Below, piece after piece: positions 63,463-64,000 of a DNA stretch of 64,000 bases; the stretch's first letter is position 1; the number at the start of each line of letters is the position of its first letter. Source of the DNA: an uncultured Christensenella sp. (GTDB lineage: Bacteria > Bacillota > Clostridia > Christensenellales > UBA3700); assembly GCA_910583735.1 (NCBI GenBank), contig CAJTXS010000007.1, forward strand, positions 1,469-65,468, in the 5' to 3' direction. A model generated the notes under the pieces. The model was given only the letters and a program-made list of their open reading frames with translations. It was not told where the DNA came from and did no database searches. The position numbers and the translations under genes were made by a program.

Positions 63463-63953
63463 AAACCAAGCTCCTCTTGCAATTTTTTATCATCATCGGA
63501 TATCTTGCGAGCAAGTTCCGACTTATATTTAACCATTTTATCTTTAAGCTGCGGATACTTTACGGCGAGTATCTGCACAGCGAGCAAGCCCGCGTTAAGC
63601 CCGCCGTTAATCGCTACGGTTGCTACGGGAATACCTCCGGGCATCTGAACTATCGAAAGCAAGCTGTCAAGCCCGTCCATAGTAGAGCTCTTTACAGGCA
63701 GCCCGATTACAGGAAGAGGCGTATACGCTGCTATTACACCGCCGAGATGAGCCGCTTTACCCGCGGCGCAGATAATTACTTCGACGCCGTTCGCATCGGC
63801 AGACGCCGCATACTCGTGCGCGGCATCGGGAGTACGGTGCGCGGAGATAACTCTTGCGTCCACCTCTATGCCGAAATCCTTAAGTATATCGATACACGGC
63901 TTGACGACGCCTATATCGCTGTAGCTACCCATTATGACCGCAACTTTTGGCAT
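63459..63953 (-). CDS. purE: 5-(carboxyamino)imidazole ribonucleotide mutase (class I PurE signature)
   Basis: 164 aa. [18 protein letters not shown], and [14 protein letters not shown] (the AAHL-type loop of class I enzymes rather than the class II type). Confidence 0.93.
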   Translation of the reverse strand: MPKVAVIMGSYSDIGVVKPCIDILKDFGIEVDARVISAHRTPDAAHEYAASADANGVEVIICAAGKAAHLGGVIAAYTPLPVIGLPVKSSTMDGLDSLLSIVQMPGGIPVATVAINGGLNAGLLAVQILAVKYPQLKDKMVKYKSELARKISDDDKKLQEELGL

Positions 63954-64000
63954 AAAATCGCTCTCCTTGACAGATACTTTCCAAGCATTGGATATTAATG

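Noticed and set aside
1-64000. Search for CRISPR arrays, transposase/integrase genes, terminal inverted repeats, prophage modules, restriction-modification or other known defence genes, and LexA (GAAC-N4-GTTC) boxes.
   Set aside because: None was seen by eye. The only tandem repeats are a 16-bp x2 unit (11652-11683) and an 8-bp x2 unit (843-858). No spacer-repeat periodicity and no recombinase motifs were found. No SOS box was noticed in the intergenic regions I could scan. A computational scan is needed to be certain.

Overview
This 64-kb window is chromosomal DNA from a moderately AT-rich, endospore-forming Firmicute. The gene order is Clostridia-type: spoIIAA-spoIIAB-sigF, a single-chain FGAM synthase, an IspH::S1 fusion, and ispG next to rseP/dxr. 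Of 64 protein-coding calls (63 CDS plus one pseudogene), 62 are on the minus strand, as are all 5 tRNAs. Almost all of the content is conserved housekeeping operons. In coordinate order: lexA (5'-truncated at the window edge); miaB-mutS-mutL-miaA plus a YnbB-like PLP enzyme; a class A PBP; the spoIIA operon; an orphan 143-aa gene; efp and an M24 peptidase; rimP-nusA-ylxR-ylxQ-infB-rbfA-DHH-truB-ribF; rpsB-tsf-pyrH-frr-uppS-cdsA-dxr-rseP-ispG; an accessory stretch of about 7 kb (methyltransferase, MATE pump, beta-carbonic anhydrase, membrane protein, isochorismatase-like hydrolase, 81-aa orphan, decayed gene, flavodoxin-ferredoxin) whose 3' half is visibly AT-richer; five tRNAs; cmk-plsC-ispH::rpsA; dnaX-ybaB-recR; a GPH transporter; a lone mazF; recX-nnr; and purE-C-M-N-H-D-L. 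I found no CRISPR array, transposase, integrase, phage module or recognisable multi-gene defence system, and I cannot honestly point to a clear novel multi-gene system. The most unusual items are: (1) a 512-aa protein made of PolC-like N-terminal, OB-fold and DEDDh exonuclease modules, without PHP or polymerase domains, in the slot where Firmicutes normally carry polC; (2) an intact, highly conserved MazF/EndoA toxin with no room for an adjacent antitoxin; (3) the accessory stretch next to the tRNA cluster, which contains a roughly 1-kb non-coding or decayed region, a homopolymer-frameshifted gene relic, an 81-aa orphan with a long structured leader, and two paralogous terminators; (4) several hairpin and alternative-pairing elements in operon leaders and spacers; (5) very long codon-aligned antisense ORFs that reflect near-complete avoidance of TTA/CTA/TCA codons in the core genes but not in the accessory stretch. 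Coordinates of CDS follow the supplied ORF track unless a different start is argued. Everything was done by eye, with no homology search.
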